Assembly (NCBI GenBank): GCA_021324455.1
Contig: JAJPJA010000039.1
Span: 35,594 to 99,593 of the forward strand
DNA length: 64,000 nt
Direction: 5' to 3'
Source of the DNA: Pseudomonadota bacterium
GTDB taxonomy: Bacteria > Desulfobacterota > Binatia > Binatales > Binataceae
Numbering within the stretch: the stretch's first letter is position 1; the number at the start of each line of letters is the position of its first letter. This document shows, one piece after another, positions 30,189 through 40,388 of the stretch. A program made the translations under genes and the position numbers. The notes beneath the pieces were generated by a model that was given only the letters and a program-made list of their open reading frames with translations, had not been told where the DNA came from and ran no database searches.

Positions 30189-31304
30189 TCAGCTCAGGTT
30201 CATGTTGAACAATCGATCGCAGTTATGGCTGATGATCTTGTTCTTAATCGGCTCGGGCACGTCGCTGAAGATGTCGGCGATCACTTCGCGCGACTTGGGC
30301 CAGGTGGTCGCGCTATGCGGATAATCGGACGCCCACATGTAGTTGTCCTCGCCGAAAAATCGCGTGACCCGCGGTCCGATCGGATCGATCTCGAAGGTAA
30401 AGAACACCTGCCGCCGCATGTACTCCGACGGCAGATGCGCCAGCTTGTTGTCCGCCATCGGAGCGAACTTCTTGAACCGCCGGTCGAGCTGCCAGACAAA
30501 ATACGGCACCCATCCCGCGCCCAATTCGACCGAAACCACCTTCAAATTGGGATAACGCTCGAGCACGCCGCCGAACACCAGGCTGCACAGCGTTTCCTGG
30601 ATCTCGTGGACGAAATGCAGACTGGCAAAGGTGAGGAATTCGGGACTGCCGTCGATTTTGGCCGCGCGCTTTTTGTCCTTGGCGGTGATCTCATGCATCG
30701 TGATCACCATCCCATGGTCCTGGGCGGCGGCGAAGAAGGGATCATAGATGCGGCTGTGGTAGGGACGATCGGCGGGCGGACCCGACCAGACCATCGCGCC
30801 TTTCAGCCCCAATTTGGCTGCGCGCTCGACTTCCTTGACCCCCTCGGCGACATTTTCCAGTGAGATCAGTGCGACCGGAAACAGGCGCTTGGGCGCATGC
30901 GAGGCGAACTCCGCCATCCAATCGTTGTAGATGCGGAAGCAGGCCAGCTGCAGTTCGGCGTCATCCAAACCGAAGAGCGAAAAGCCCAGCGACGGGTAGA
31001 GCACTTCGGCGGCGACGCCGTCGGTCTCCATGTCCCTGACCCGCGCCTGGGGGTCCCAGGCGCCGGGCCGCGCCGCCTCATACCCCTTGCTCATCATCTC
31101 CTTCAGTTCCTTGCCCTCGGCGCCCAGGGCATAAAAGGCCGCCACCTGCATCGGGGGAACGCCCGGAGCTTCGAACATCGGTCCCGCGCCGGGCTTGTCG
31201 ACCACGCGCGGCGCGCGGTCGCGAAAGCGCTTATCCAGACGTTCTTCCCAAAGCCTGGGAGGCTCGACGATATGACCGTCAGAGGAAATGATTGGCACGC
31301 TCAT
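30189..31304 (-). CDS. amidohydrolase-2 (PF04909, ACMSD/LigW-like) family protein
   Basis: N-terminal ISSDGHIVEP and a C-terminal WASDYPH metal-binding motif. 371 aa. Confidence 0.8.
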   Translation of the reverse strand: MSVPIISSDGHIVEPPRLWEERLDKRFRDRAPRVVDKPGAGPMFEAPGVPPMQVAAFYALGAEGKELKEMMSKGYEAARPGAWDPQARVRDMETDGVAAEVLYPSLGFSLFGLDDAELQLACFRIYNDWMAEFASHAPKRLFPVALISLENVAEGVKEVERAAKLGLKGAMVWSGPPADRPYHSRIYDPFFAAAQDHGMVITMHEITAKDKKRAAKIDGSPEFLTFASLHFVHEIQETLCSLVFGGVLERYPNLKVVSVELGAGWVPYFVWQLDRRFKKFAPMADNKLAHLPSEYMRRQVFFTFEIDPIGPRVTRFFGEDNYMWASDYPHSATTWPKSREVIADIFSDVPEPIKNKIISHNCDRLFNMNLS

Positions 31305-31491
31305 CGTGGTGTTCGTCCTTCAATAAAATTTGCCGCCGGTGTCCGGCCGCGGATTGTCAGGGTGCTGCGCCTCAATTAGCGTTAGATCGTAAAGCGGCCA
31401 TTGTAAAGTCCGCAGTCTCTCCATTCGGAACTTTGTATTGCGGCGCGCAGCCGCTTGCCCATCGGCACCCGAATGGAGCACAAGTAAAGCC

Positions 31492-32751
31492 ATGGCACGG
31501 ATTGAAGATTACTACGATCCCTGGAGCCCCGATTTTGTCCGCGATCCGCTCAGCCGCTACCGTCCGCTGCTGTCGCGGCCCCCGATACTGGTCGAAGGCG
31601 GCAGGCTGCCGCCCTCGCTCAGCCAGGGCGCCTTGCCGGGCAAGCCGATCGTGCTGATCGCGCGCTACGACGACGTGCTGACCGTGATGCGCGACGCCGC
31701 GCGGTTTTCCAATCATCGGCCGCCGCGGCCGGGCGAGCAAAAGGCCGGCGAGGGCGGGCTTAAGTTTTACGGCGCCGCCAACCTGCTCTTCAGCGATCCG
31801 CCGGTGCATACGCGGATGCGCCGGCTGGTTACCCGTGCGTTCAGTCCGCGGCGCATCCGCGACATGACCCCGTCGATCAAATCGCTGGTGATAAAAATGA
31901 TCGATGCCGTTGCGGAAAAAGGCAGCTTCGAAGTGATGAAGGATTTGGCGTGGCCGCTGCCGATGGCGGTGATTGCGGACATGCTCGGAGTGACGCGCGA
32001 ATTTTACCACGACTTCCATCGCTGGGCCGTGCTCATCATCACCGCCGACAGCCTCAGCGCCAACGGTTCCTATTCCAAGGAGACCCGCGAAGCGGTCGGC
32101 AAGCTGCGCAATTACGTCAGCGGAGAAATTGAAAAGCGCCGCAATTCAAAGGCCGAGGATGTAATCAGCGTTTTGGTCCGCGCCCAGGAGGAAGGCGACG
32201 CCTTGACCAGCGGTGAAGTGCTGGCCTTCGTGTTGCTGCTGCTGCTGGCCGGCAGCGAGACCACCACCAGTTTGATCGGCAATACGATGCAGCTGCTGGC
32301 GGAGCATCCGGAAGAATTCGAGCAGGTGCGCAGGAACCCGCAGTTGTGGACGCGCGCCATCGAGGAAATCCTGCGCTTCGAACCCCCGGTGCACGCCGTC
32401 GACCGCTTCGCCACGCGCGATACCGAGGTGGGCGGCACGGAAATTCCGCAGGGTTCGCTGCTGCACGTGCTGCTGGGTGCGGCCAACTTCGACCCGGCCA
32501 AATTTCCCGATCCGGAACGCTTCGACCTTACCCGCGACCCCAACGACCACGTGTCGTTCGGCGAGGGGATACATTTCTGTTTGGGCGCCGGACTGTCGCG
32601 GCTGGAAGGAGAAATCCTGTTCCCGTACCTGTTCGAGCGTTTCCCGCGCCTGCGTCCCGCCGTGCCCGGCTGCGATGGACGGCTGTACAACGGCGAGACG
32701 TCGTACTTCATGCCGCGGCGGGTCGGGTCGCTGCCGATGCTGATCGATTGA
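31492..32751 (+). CDS. cytochrome P450
   Basis: Heme-binding loop FGEGIHFCLGAGLS, I-helix LLLAGSETTTS, and ExxR (EEILRFEPP). Start at the ATG at 31492. Confidence 0.88.
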   Translation: MARIEDYYDPWSPDFVRDPLSRYRPLLSRPPILVEGGRLPPSLSQGALPGKPIVLIARYDDVLTVMRDAARFSNHRPPRPGEQKAGEGGLKFYGAANLLFSDPPVHTRMRRLVTRAFSPRRIRDMTPSIKSLVIKMIDAVAEKGSFEVMKDLAWPLPMAVIADMLGVTREFYHDFHRWAVLIITADSLSANGSYSKETREAVGKLRNYVSGEIEKRRNSKAEDVISVLVRAQEEGDALTSGEVLAFVLLLLLAGSETTTSLIGNTMQLLAEHPEEFEQVRRNPQLWTRAIEEILRFEPPVHAVDRFATRDTEVGGTEIPQGSLLHVLLGAANFDPAKFPDPERFDLTRDPNDHVSFGEGIHFCLGAGLSRLEGEILFPYLFERFPRLRPAVPGCDGRLYNGETSYFMPRRVGSLPMLID

Positions 32752-32792
32752 TTCGGCGGCGCAGCTTGCGCGGATCGCAGAATAGCGCCGAG

Positions 32793-33218
32793 CTAACGCA
32801 TCATCTGAAAGAACTCGACCGGAACTCCGTCCGGATCCTCGACATAGAAGCTGCGGAACCTGGGCACCACTTCCTCGATGTCGGAAATGATCTTCGCCCA
32901 CGGCATCGATTGCACTTCGCGGAATTTCGCCTCGACATCTTCAACCGCGAACGACATGTGCGGGCTGCCGGCATTGTTGTGATGAATATGCTGAGGCGCG
33001 CCGCCGCCGGCGGTGTATTCGAGCAACTGCAGCTTGAACCCACCCGCGCGCACGTAAGCTCCCTTGATGGCGGCGGGCGGGTTTCTGGTCAGCCGGGCAA
33101 ACCCGCCGTTTTGCAGTTCGAACGTGGCTTCCACCGTCATCCCCACCACTTCGCGATAAAATCTGAGCGAGGCATCCAGGTTGGTGACGGTCAGACCGAC
33201 ATGATCGAGCGCAGCCAT
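32793..33218 (-). CDS. VOC family (glyoxalase / bleomycin-resistance / dioxygenase fold) protein
   Basis: LDHVGLTVTNLDASLRFYREVVGM is the classic VOC N-terminus. The ATG at 33218 is preceded by AGGAGG. The ORF-track N-terminal extension was rejected. Confidence 0.75.
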   Translation of the reverse strand: MAALDHVGLTVTNLDASLRFYREVVGMTVEATFELQNGGFARLTRNPPAAIKGAYVRAGGFKLQLLEYTAGGGAPQHIHHNNAGSPHMSFAVEDVEAKFREVQSMPWAKIISDIEEVVPRFRSFYVEDPDGVPVEFFQMMR

Positions 33219-33325
33219 TTTCAACCTCCTGCCGGGGTGCGTTTCGGGCCACCCTAGCCGCAGAGCGCAAAGAAGAAAACGTCCGGCGTGGACTGTCGGC
33301 GCGCCATCGCTTAACTTGCTCATCC

Positions 33326-34135
33326 GTGGACGCAATCGAAAAGGCCGCCAGGCGCGCGGCGCGGGCCGCCGGCGCCGTTCATATCGCTCGATTCGGCAAG
33401 ACCACATTCAAGGGCAAAAGCAGCTTTTTGGACCTGGTGACCGAGGCCGACCAGGAAGCGGAGGCGGCGGTGGTCGGGATTCTGCATCGCGCCTTCCCCG
33501 ATCACGCGATTCTCTCCGAGGAAGGCGGCGGTATCGACCAGCCCAGTCAACATCGATGGATCATCGATCCGCTCGACGGCACCACCAATTTCGCCCACGC
33601 CTATCCCCATTGCTGCGTCTCCATCGGCTATGAACGGCGCGGACGGCTGGAATTGGGCGTCATTTTGGACGCGCTGCGCGGTGAGCTGTTCCTCGCGCGC
33701 CGGGGCCGGGGCGCCACGCTCAACGGCAAGCCAATCGCCGTCAGCCGTGCCGCCACGCTCGACACCGCTTTGCTGTGCACCGGCTTTCCCTACGATCGCT
33801 CCGCGCGCCGGCGCTTTTACCTGACCTTCTGGGAGGCGATGATGACCCGCGTGCACGGCGTGCGCCGCACCGGCAGCGCCGCGCTGGATCTGGCCTGGGT
33901 GGCGTGCGGCAGGATGGACGGGTTCTGGGAGTTCGGGCTCAAGCCGTGGGACGTCGCGGCGGGCACGCTGATAGTGCAGGAGGCCGGCGGCAGAGTCACC
34001 AATATGGACGGAACCAGATTGAGCCTGACCGCGGGACGAATAGCGGCGACCAATCGCCGCCTGCACAAGCAGTTGCTGGACGTCATCGCGGAAAACTTCG
34101 CGGAGGCCGAACGCCGCGAAGCTTCCGGGATGTAG
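33326..34135 (+). CDS. inositol monophosphatase family protein (SuhB/CysQ/HisN-like)
   Basis: Motifs DPLDGTTNFAH and WDVAAG, GTG start. Confidence 0.85.
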   Translation: MDAIEKAARRAARAAGAVHIARFGKTTFKGKSSFLDLVTEADQEAEAAVVGILHRAFPDHAILSEEGGGIDQPSQHRWIIDPLDGTTNFAHAYPHCCVSIGYERRGRLELGVILDALRGELFLARRGRGATLNGKPIAVSRAATLDTALLCTGFPYDRSARRRFYLTFWEAMMTRVHGVRRTGSAALDLAWVACGRMDGFWEFGLKPWDVAAGTLIVQEAGGRVTNMDGTRLSLTAGRIAATNRRLHKQLLDVIAENFAEAERREASGM

Positions 34136-34209
34136 CGGCCCCCGCCAGCGTTTCTGCCCGCAAAGCGGCGGGGGAAACTCAAGCGGCAATCGATCCGGCG
34201 GCCGCTCAG

Positions 34210-35679
34210 TCAGCGCGGCTGGCTGTGCGCCAAAACCGATCGCGCCGCCGCCTCCACCGCGGTGCCTTTGAAAAAATCCGGATTCGCTTCAGCCTTGGCG
34301 CGCACCGGGTTGATTAGGACGAAATCGCGGAAATCCTCCTCGCTGATGCATCCGCGCTCCACCATCTCCCACGCCTCCGACGCGGCCAGGCGCATGTCGG
34401 GCAGATCGAAATGGCCGAGATCGGAGCCGTAAATCGCGCCCAGCCGCGCTGCGAAAGGATTTTTGCGCGGGTCGAAGGCAACCGCGGTCATGCGGTCGTC
34501 GCCTTCGCATCCGAAAAAGAAATTCGGCACGAAACGGTCGCGGATGTCTTCGCGCGTGCGCACCGCGCAGCGCGCGAACTCGTCGAGGTCGGCGGGATCC
34601 TGCACCACGCCCCACAAAAGCTGCGAGCGGTCGTCCTGGCGCGCCGCGATTTCGGCGCGGTAATCGCTTCCGTACTCCCTGAACAGACGGCGCATCAGAT
34701 CCTCGTCCAGAGCGCGGGGGTCGTAGTTTGACACCATTGCGGCGTTATGTTTTTCCCAATGACCGGCGAGATCGCACAGCAGGCCCGCAGCCCAGGCCGC
34801 GCCGCCTTCGAGAAAAGCGAAACGGATTTGAGGAAAGCGGCGCGTCACTCCGCCCAAAAACAGCGACTTGCAAATCGCCTCAGCCGACGCGGCGAAGTGT
34901 CCGATATGGTTGTAGACGAAATTGGAGATGGAGTTGCGCATCCCCAGGCCCATCGTGCCGCTATGGAAGGTCGGCGCCACCTTCAGCTCAACGCATCTGG
35001 CCCACACCGGATCGTAGTCGTATTCACTGTCCAGCGCGTAGGTGTCGAACCAATGCGCATAGCGGGCGGCGTCGGGACTTTTCCTGGCCGCGGCGGGAAT
35101 CGTTCGCACCACGAAAGCCGGCATCAGCACGACCTTCAATCCGAGCACGCGGACCGCGTAATCCAGTTCCTCCAGAGCTTCGGCCGGCGTATGCATCGGA
35201 ATCACCGCGGCCGGAGTCAGACGGTCGGCGTACGCGCGGAAAATGTCGGCATGCAGCCTGTTCAGCGCGCGGCATGAGGCACGGCGCAACTCCTCATCGC
35301 CCAGGCTGGGCAGCACGATGCCGAAACTCGGATAGATGATACTGAAGTCGATACCCATTTCGGGCAGCCGCTGATGCAGCAGCCGGGGCAGCGAACTGGT
35401 CGCCCGGTCCAGCGTGTTGCGCGTCGGATGCGCCGCCCACAGCGGACGCGCCAGCCGGGCGTCGCGGCGCTCCTGCGGAGTCATCCGGTACCATCGAAAC
35501 GCGATCGGGCTGTTGGGCATCGACTTGAGCCGATCCAGCATCCGGCTGCCGCCCACTTCGCGCAGGTAATCGAACAAAGCCGGTTCGAATTCAGCGGTAT
35601 GGCCGTCGGAATCGATTATCGGATGATTGAGACGGGCGCGAATCGCGGCTGATTTGGAAATCGTTGCTGAGGTCGGCAT
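34210..35679 (-). CDS. amidohydrolase-2-like protein, long form (489 aa), paralog A
   Basis: N-terminal IIDSDGHTAEFEP, internal HSGTMGLG, C-terminal GSDLGHFD. Start placed at the ATG at 35679 (MPTSATISKSAAIRARL). Confidence 0.7.
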   Translation of the reverse strand: MPTSATISKSAAIRARLNHPIIDSDGHTAEFEPALFDYLREVGGSRMLDRLKSMPNSPIAFRWYRMTPQERRDARLARPLWAAHPTRNTLDRATSSLPRLLHQRLPEMGIDFSIIYPSFGIVLPSLGDEELRRASCRALNRLHADIFRAYADRLTPAAVIPMHTPAEALEELDYAVRVLGLKVVLMPAFVVRTIPAAARKSPDAARYAHWFDTYALDSEYDYDPVWARCVELKVAPTFHSGTMGLGMRNSISNFVYNHIGHFAASAEAICKSLFLGGVTRRFPQIRFAFLEGGAAWAAGLLCDLAGHWEKHNAAMVSNYDPRALDEDLMRRLFREYGSDYRAEIAARQDDRSQLLWGVVQDPADLDEFARCAVRTREDIRDRFVPNFFFGCEGDDRMTAVAFDPRKNPFAARLGAIYGSDLGHFDLPDMRLAASEAWEMVERGCISEEDFRDFVLINPVRAKAEANPDFFKGTAVEAAARSVLAHSQPR

Positions 35680-35753
35680 CGCAATCTCACCTGCGGTTTG
35701 TGCACGGTACAAAGCATCACGGGCCGGCGCCGGCCGTACCCGCGCAAGCAGCG

Positions 35754-36158
35754 TCAATGGCCGCGGAATTTTCTCACCTGCAGCAGGATGTCCATAGTTC
35801 GAGTGCCGCCCGATTGCGACAGGCGCGGGTCGGAATCGGAGATGCATTGGATGAAGACATTGGGACTGGTGAAGCCGAACCGGGACCATCCGCCGCGCGC
35901 AATGACGCTGTGCTTGAGCCAGTCCTGAACCATCCCGGTGCGATCCGATTCGCATTCGGAGCGGCTGGCGAAGTCACCGCGCGCGGTGAAGCGGACCGGC
36001 CCCGCCATCGAGCCTTTGACCATGCTGCTGGCGGCTTTGGGCTGGCTGATGACGTTGACGTCCGCCGCCATCAGGTACCAGCTCGCGGCGTGGCTGTTTT
36101 GCGCAAGGACAAGCAGCGCCGCGAGCGCGAATTGGATATGGAGGAGGTTGTTCTTCAC
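35754..36158 (-). CDS. small secreted protein (134 aa)
   Basis: GTG start with a GGAGGTGGAG RBS. Signal peptide MKNNLLHIQFALAALLVLAQNSHAA. It sits co-directionally between the two long amidohydrolase paralogs. Confidence 0.45.
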   Translation of the reverse strand: MKNNLLHIQFALAALLVLAQNSHAASWYLMAADVNVISQPKAASSMVKGSMAGPVRFTARGDFASRSECESDRTGMVQDWLKHSVIARGGWSRFGFTSPNVFIQCISDSDPRLSQSGGTRTMDILLQVRKFRGH

Positions 36159-36364
36159 TTGAAATTTTTCTCCACCTCCGGCAGAGAAACTCTCGATTCC
36201 GGGGCTGAGACGGCATCCGCCCGGTGAGGCCGGCGTCCATGACGGTCGTCAACCCGGGCCGCGGCGGGAGAAGGCCGGCCGAATCGCCCGCTCCACTGCC
36301 GGAAGGCTTTGCGGTTGAGAAAACCGCCCTCCCGGGCGAATCGGCCAAATCACAATCCTCCGGC

Positions 36365-37789
36365 TCAACCGCCGGCCATCAGGTCGCTCGCCTGTTTCTC
36401 CACTACGGTGCCATTGAAGAAATCCGGATTCATCCCGGCGAACAGCCTGACCGGGTTGGTGAAAGTCAGGTCGCACAGCTGCTCTTCGGTGAGCACGCCG
36501 TGTTCGACCAGTTCCCAGGATTCCTCCAGCACTTCGGTCATGTCCTTGACGTCGAAATGTCCGATGTCGGAGCCCAGGATCGCGTTGAGCCGGGCTCCGA
36601 ACGGATTGACGCGGCTGTTGAACGCCGCCGCATTCATCGGGTCCTCGGCTTCGCATCCGAAATAGAAGTTGGGCACGAACAGGTCGCGGATATCCTCGGC
36701 GCGATTGATTGCGCAGCGCCAGAAGTCGTCCAGCTGCGGCGGCGGCTCGACATGCTTGCTGATAACCGGGTTGTGCCGCACGGTTTGCCTGATCAATTCG
36801 TCGCCGTAGCGCTCGGCCAGATTGCGAAACAGATTTTCGTCCAGATTGGCCGGATCGACCCGATCCAGCACGTTGATGTTGCGCGTGTTCCAATGCCGGA
36901 TCAGGTCGCTGTACAGGCTGCAGGCCCATCCGGCGCCGCCTTCCAGGAAGGCGAATTTCAGCCTGGGAAAGCGCCGCGTCACGCCGCCCAGAAACAGCGC
37001 CTTGCACAGGGTGTCGCCGGCGGTCGCGAAGTGGCCGATATGGTTGTACACCCAGTTCGACGTCGATGCGCGAAAGCCCAGGCCCTGCGTTGAGTTGTGG
37101 AAGGTGGGAATCAGCCCCAGCTCAATGCATTTGGCCCATACCGGATCGTAATCGTAGTCGCTGTCCAACCCCAGCGGATCGCGCCAGATGCGGTCCGCTT
37201 TTCCCTCGCCCGCCGGAACATGGCGGTTGACCAGCCCGGCCAGCATCACCACCTTCAGCCCCAATGACTTGACGTGCTCGAGCTCCTCGATCGCCTCCTG
37301 CGGCGTATGCACCGGAACTCCGGCAACCGGCGTCAATCGATCGGAATAATCGCGGAACAACTCGGCGGCATATTCGTTGAGCGCGCGCGTGCCGCCGCGG
37401 CGCAGCTCCTCGTCGCGCATGAACGGCACCATCGTCATCACCGAGGTCGGAAACAGCACGCAGAAATCCAGTCCCATCTCGGGCAGCCGCTCATACAGCA
37501 GTTTGGGCAGCATCGCGGTGGCCCGGTCCAGCGTGTTTTTGGTAGGAAACGGCCACCATGCCGGCTGGGCGAGCTTGTTTTTCTGGCGCTGTTCGAAACT
37601 ACTGCCGGCGTTGGGGAGGGTGACCCGCGTGATGCGCTCGTAGCGCGCCGCGGACTGATCTCCCACCACGCGCCGCACGTATTCCATCACGGCGGGTTCG
37701 TACTCGATCCAATGCCCGTCCGAGTCGATCACGGGATGGCTCAAACGGGCATGAATAGCGGCAGACTTGCTGGTTGCGGTGGCGGCCAT
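36365..37789 (-). CDS. amidohydrolase-2-like protein, long form (474 aa), paralog B
   Basis: Collinear with paralog A along its whole length (MAATATSKSAAIHARLSHPVIDSDGHWIEYEP ... GSDIGHFD). Confidence 0.75.
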   Translation of the reverse strand: MAATATSKSAAIHARLSHPVIDSDGHWIEYEPAVMEYVRRVVGDQSAARYERITRVTLPNAGSSFEQRQKNKLAQPAWWPFPTKNTLDRATAMLPKLLYERLPEMGLDFCVLFPTSVMTMVPFMRDEELRRGGTRALNEYAAELFRDYSDRLTPVAGVPVHTPQEAIEELEHVKSLGLKVVMLAGLVNRHVPAGEGKADRIWRDPLGLDSDYDYDPVWAKCIELGLIPTFHNSTQGLGFRASTSNWVYNHIGHFATAGDTLCKALFLGGVTRRFPRLKFAFLEGGAGWACSLYSDLIRHWNTRNINVLDRVDPANLDENLFRNLAERYGDELIRQTVRHNPVISKHVEPPPQLDDFWRCAINRAEDIRDLFVPNFYFGCEAEDPMNAAAFNSRVNPFGARLNAILGSDIGHFDVKDMTEVLEESWELVEHGVLTEEQLCDLTFTNPVRLFAGMNPDFFNGTVVEKQASDLMAGG

Positions 37790-37836
37790 TTTGCTCTCTC
37801 TCCTCTCAGCCCGGCCTTCTACAATCTGTAAGGATT

Positions 37837-40253
37837 TTATTGCGTGCCGGCGTAAACCCGGGCCGCGCCCTGCGCCTGCCGGCGCATCGCGGCCGCGCCC
37901 TTGTCATTCTTCAATACGAACACAACCTTATCCACAACGCCGTTAAAACGGAAAGGACACCGGTAGCTTTCGTCAACCGGCGTTCCGGTGTCGATTCCGA
38001 CGTCGAATGTATCATGATCGGAAAAGACGAACGGCACGGTGCGATCGATCGCGCCTTCGCCGGTCTTGTGGCCGTTGATGAAGACCGCGCCGCGTCCTGT
38101 GTTGTCGCCGGTTCTGGTGAACTCGAACCGCAGCGTCGATTTGCCCGGGCGCAGCCGCTCGCGCGAGGCGACCCTGTAGCGCTCATCGCCCAGGAAATTG
38201 TAAACGAAGGTGGGACGACCGCCGCGGACGAAAAACGCGTAGCCGCCAAAGCGCCCGCCGTCGGTCACGATCATCCCGTCGCCGCCGCCGGGCGGGACCT
38301 CCACCTCGGCGGTGATGCTGTAGGAGCGGTTCTTTACGTCGGGTGCGAGGATTTCCGGCACCCGGAAAGTCCCGGCGGTGTAGGTGTACTCGGCGCGCGG
38401 CGCCGGCAGCCACGGCTTGGCCGGCGCGATGCGGCCCAGCCGATCGTCGAGCGGCAGGACGTTGTTGCGCTGCGCCTCCTTCAGCCACAGCGCCTCCAGT
38501 TCCTTCACCTTGTCCGGATATTGCGCCGACAGGTCATGGATCTCGGCGAAGTCGTCATCGACGTGATACAGCTCCCAATGGTCGTTATCGAACGGCACCG
38601 AACCGGCGGAATCCCACGGCGGACGTCCGTGAAAAACGACCGCTTTCCAGCCGTCGCGCCAGATGCCGCGATTGCCCACCATTTCATAATACTGCATATG
38701 GCGCGCGGCGGGCGCCGACGGATCGCCTAAAGTTCGGGCAAAGCTGATACCGTCCAGCGGCCGCTGCGGCACACCGCCGATTACGGAGGGCGGTTTGATG
38801 CCGGCGACCTCCAGAATCGTCGGCGCAATATCGGTAACGTGGCAGAACTGATGGCGGATCGCCCCCGCATCCTTTATCAATCTGGGATAGTAAACGATCA
38901 ACGGATCGCGCACGCCGCCGTAGTGCACGGTCTGCTTGTAATACTTCAGCGGCGTGTTGCTGGCTGGGCCCATCCCACCGGATAATGGTTGTAGGTCAGG
39001 GGAGAGCCGAATTCGCCGATCCTTGCCACGTCGCGCTCAAGCGGCTCGGGCACGCGGTTGAAGATGCGGAATTCGTTGCTGGTGCCGATCAGACCCCCTT
39101 CCGCGCTGGCGCCGTTGTCCGACATCACGATTATCAGCGTGTTGTCCATCTGGCCCATCGCGGAGAGCGCCGCCACGATGCGCCCGAACTGGTAGTCGGC
39201 ATGCTCCAGGTAGCCGGCGTACACCTCCATCTCGCGCGCGAACAGCCGCCGCTCGGACGGCGTCAGCGCCGCCCACGGCTTGACGCCCGGCGCCAGCGGG
39301 GCAAGCTCGGTGTTGGCCGGTACGATGCCTATTTCCTTCTGGCGGGTGAGTATCTCCTTGCGGATCTGATCCCAGCCTTTGTCGAAACGTCCCTTGTAAT
39401 GATCGATGAACTCGCGGGGCGCCTGATGCGGCGCGTGGCAGGCGGCGGGGGCGAAATAGAGCAGGAAGGGCCGCGCGGGTTCGATCGCTTTAAGCCGCCG
39501 CATCTGCTCGATCGCCTGGTCCGCGAGGATCGCGGTCAGATGATCCTGCGCCCGATTCCATTGCGCCGGCCAATCGCGCAGTATCGCGCTGGTATTTTCG
39601 AACAGCTCCGGATTCCACTGGCTGGCCTCGCCGCCCTGAAAGCCGAAGAAATAGTCGAAACCCCAGATGCCGGTGGGCCAGTACTTGAACGGTCCCGCCG
39701 CCGAAGTGAACTCGAGCGGCGTGTTGTGCCATTTGCCGATCGCGTAGGTCGCGTAGCCGTTCAGCTTCAGGATCGTGGGCAGCGTGCCGGCGTCGTCGGG
39801 CAGCAGGCCGTCGTAGCCCGGATAGCCGGTGGCGGCCTCGATGATGGTGCCGAAGCCGACCGCGTGATGGTTGCGGCCGGTGAGCAGCGCCGCGCGCGTG
39901 GGCGAGCATAGCGCCGTGGTGGTGAAATTGTTGTAACGCAAGCCCCGCGCCGCAATCCGATCGATATTGGGAGTGTGAATCGGACCGCCATAGCTGCCCA
40001 GATTGGCGAAGCCCACGTCATCGAGCAGAAAAATCACGACATTGGGGGCGCCCGGGCGGGCTGTGGGCAGCGCCGGCCACGCGGGTTGCGACTGCTTGTA
40101 GGTGAAGCCGATAACGCCGTTAAATTTGCCGTCGCTGTAGGTTCTGACGGCAACAATCGCCGCTGCCGCAACCGGCACCATCAGCCCGGCCATCGCCAGC
40201 CACAATACCAGGTGCAGTCGCGGATTGGGCCGGAAAGAATCGGGAGCTTTCAT
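37837..40253 (-). pseudogene. arylsulfatase (large AtsA-type), interrupted by a frameshift
   Basis: The N-terminal ORF at 38946-40253 has a signal peptide and the sulfatase signature CSPTRAALLTGRNHH. The C-terminal ORF at 37837-38973 continues the sulfatase fold in another frame. The two ORFs overlap by 28 nt. The expected junction VGWAxxSNTPLKYYKQ is broken as VGWAQPATRR* versus MGPASNTPLKYYKQ, which is consistent with a 1-nt loss near 38958-38963. Confidence 0.7.
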
Positions 40254-40388
40254 CGATTACCTCCCATTATTACGCGGCTATTGCTGCTTATAGGTGTCCT
40301 CCCCTCTATCACGGCGCGCTTGAGAATTGCGAACCGCGGCGGGCGGATTGAGCCCGCCGCCAGCGCCGCGCATCCGGCGGCGCGCGCT

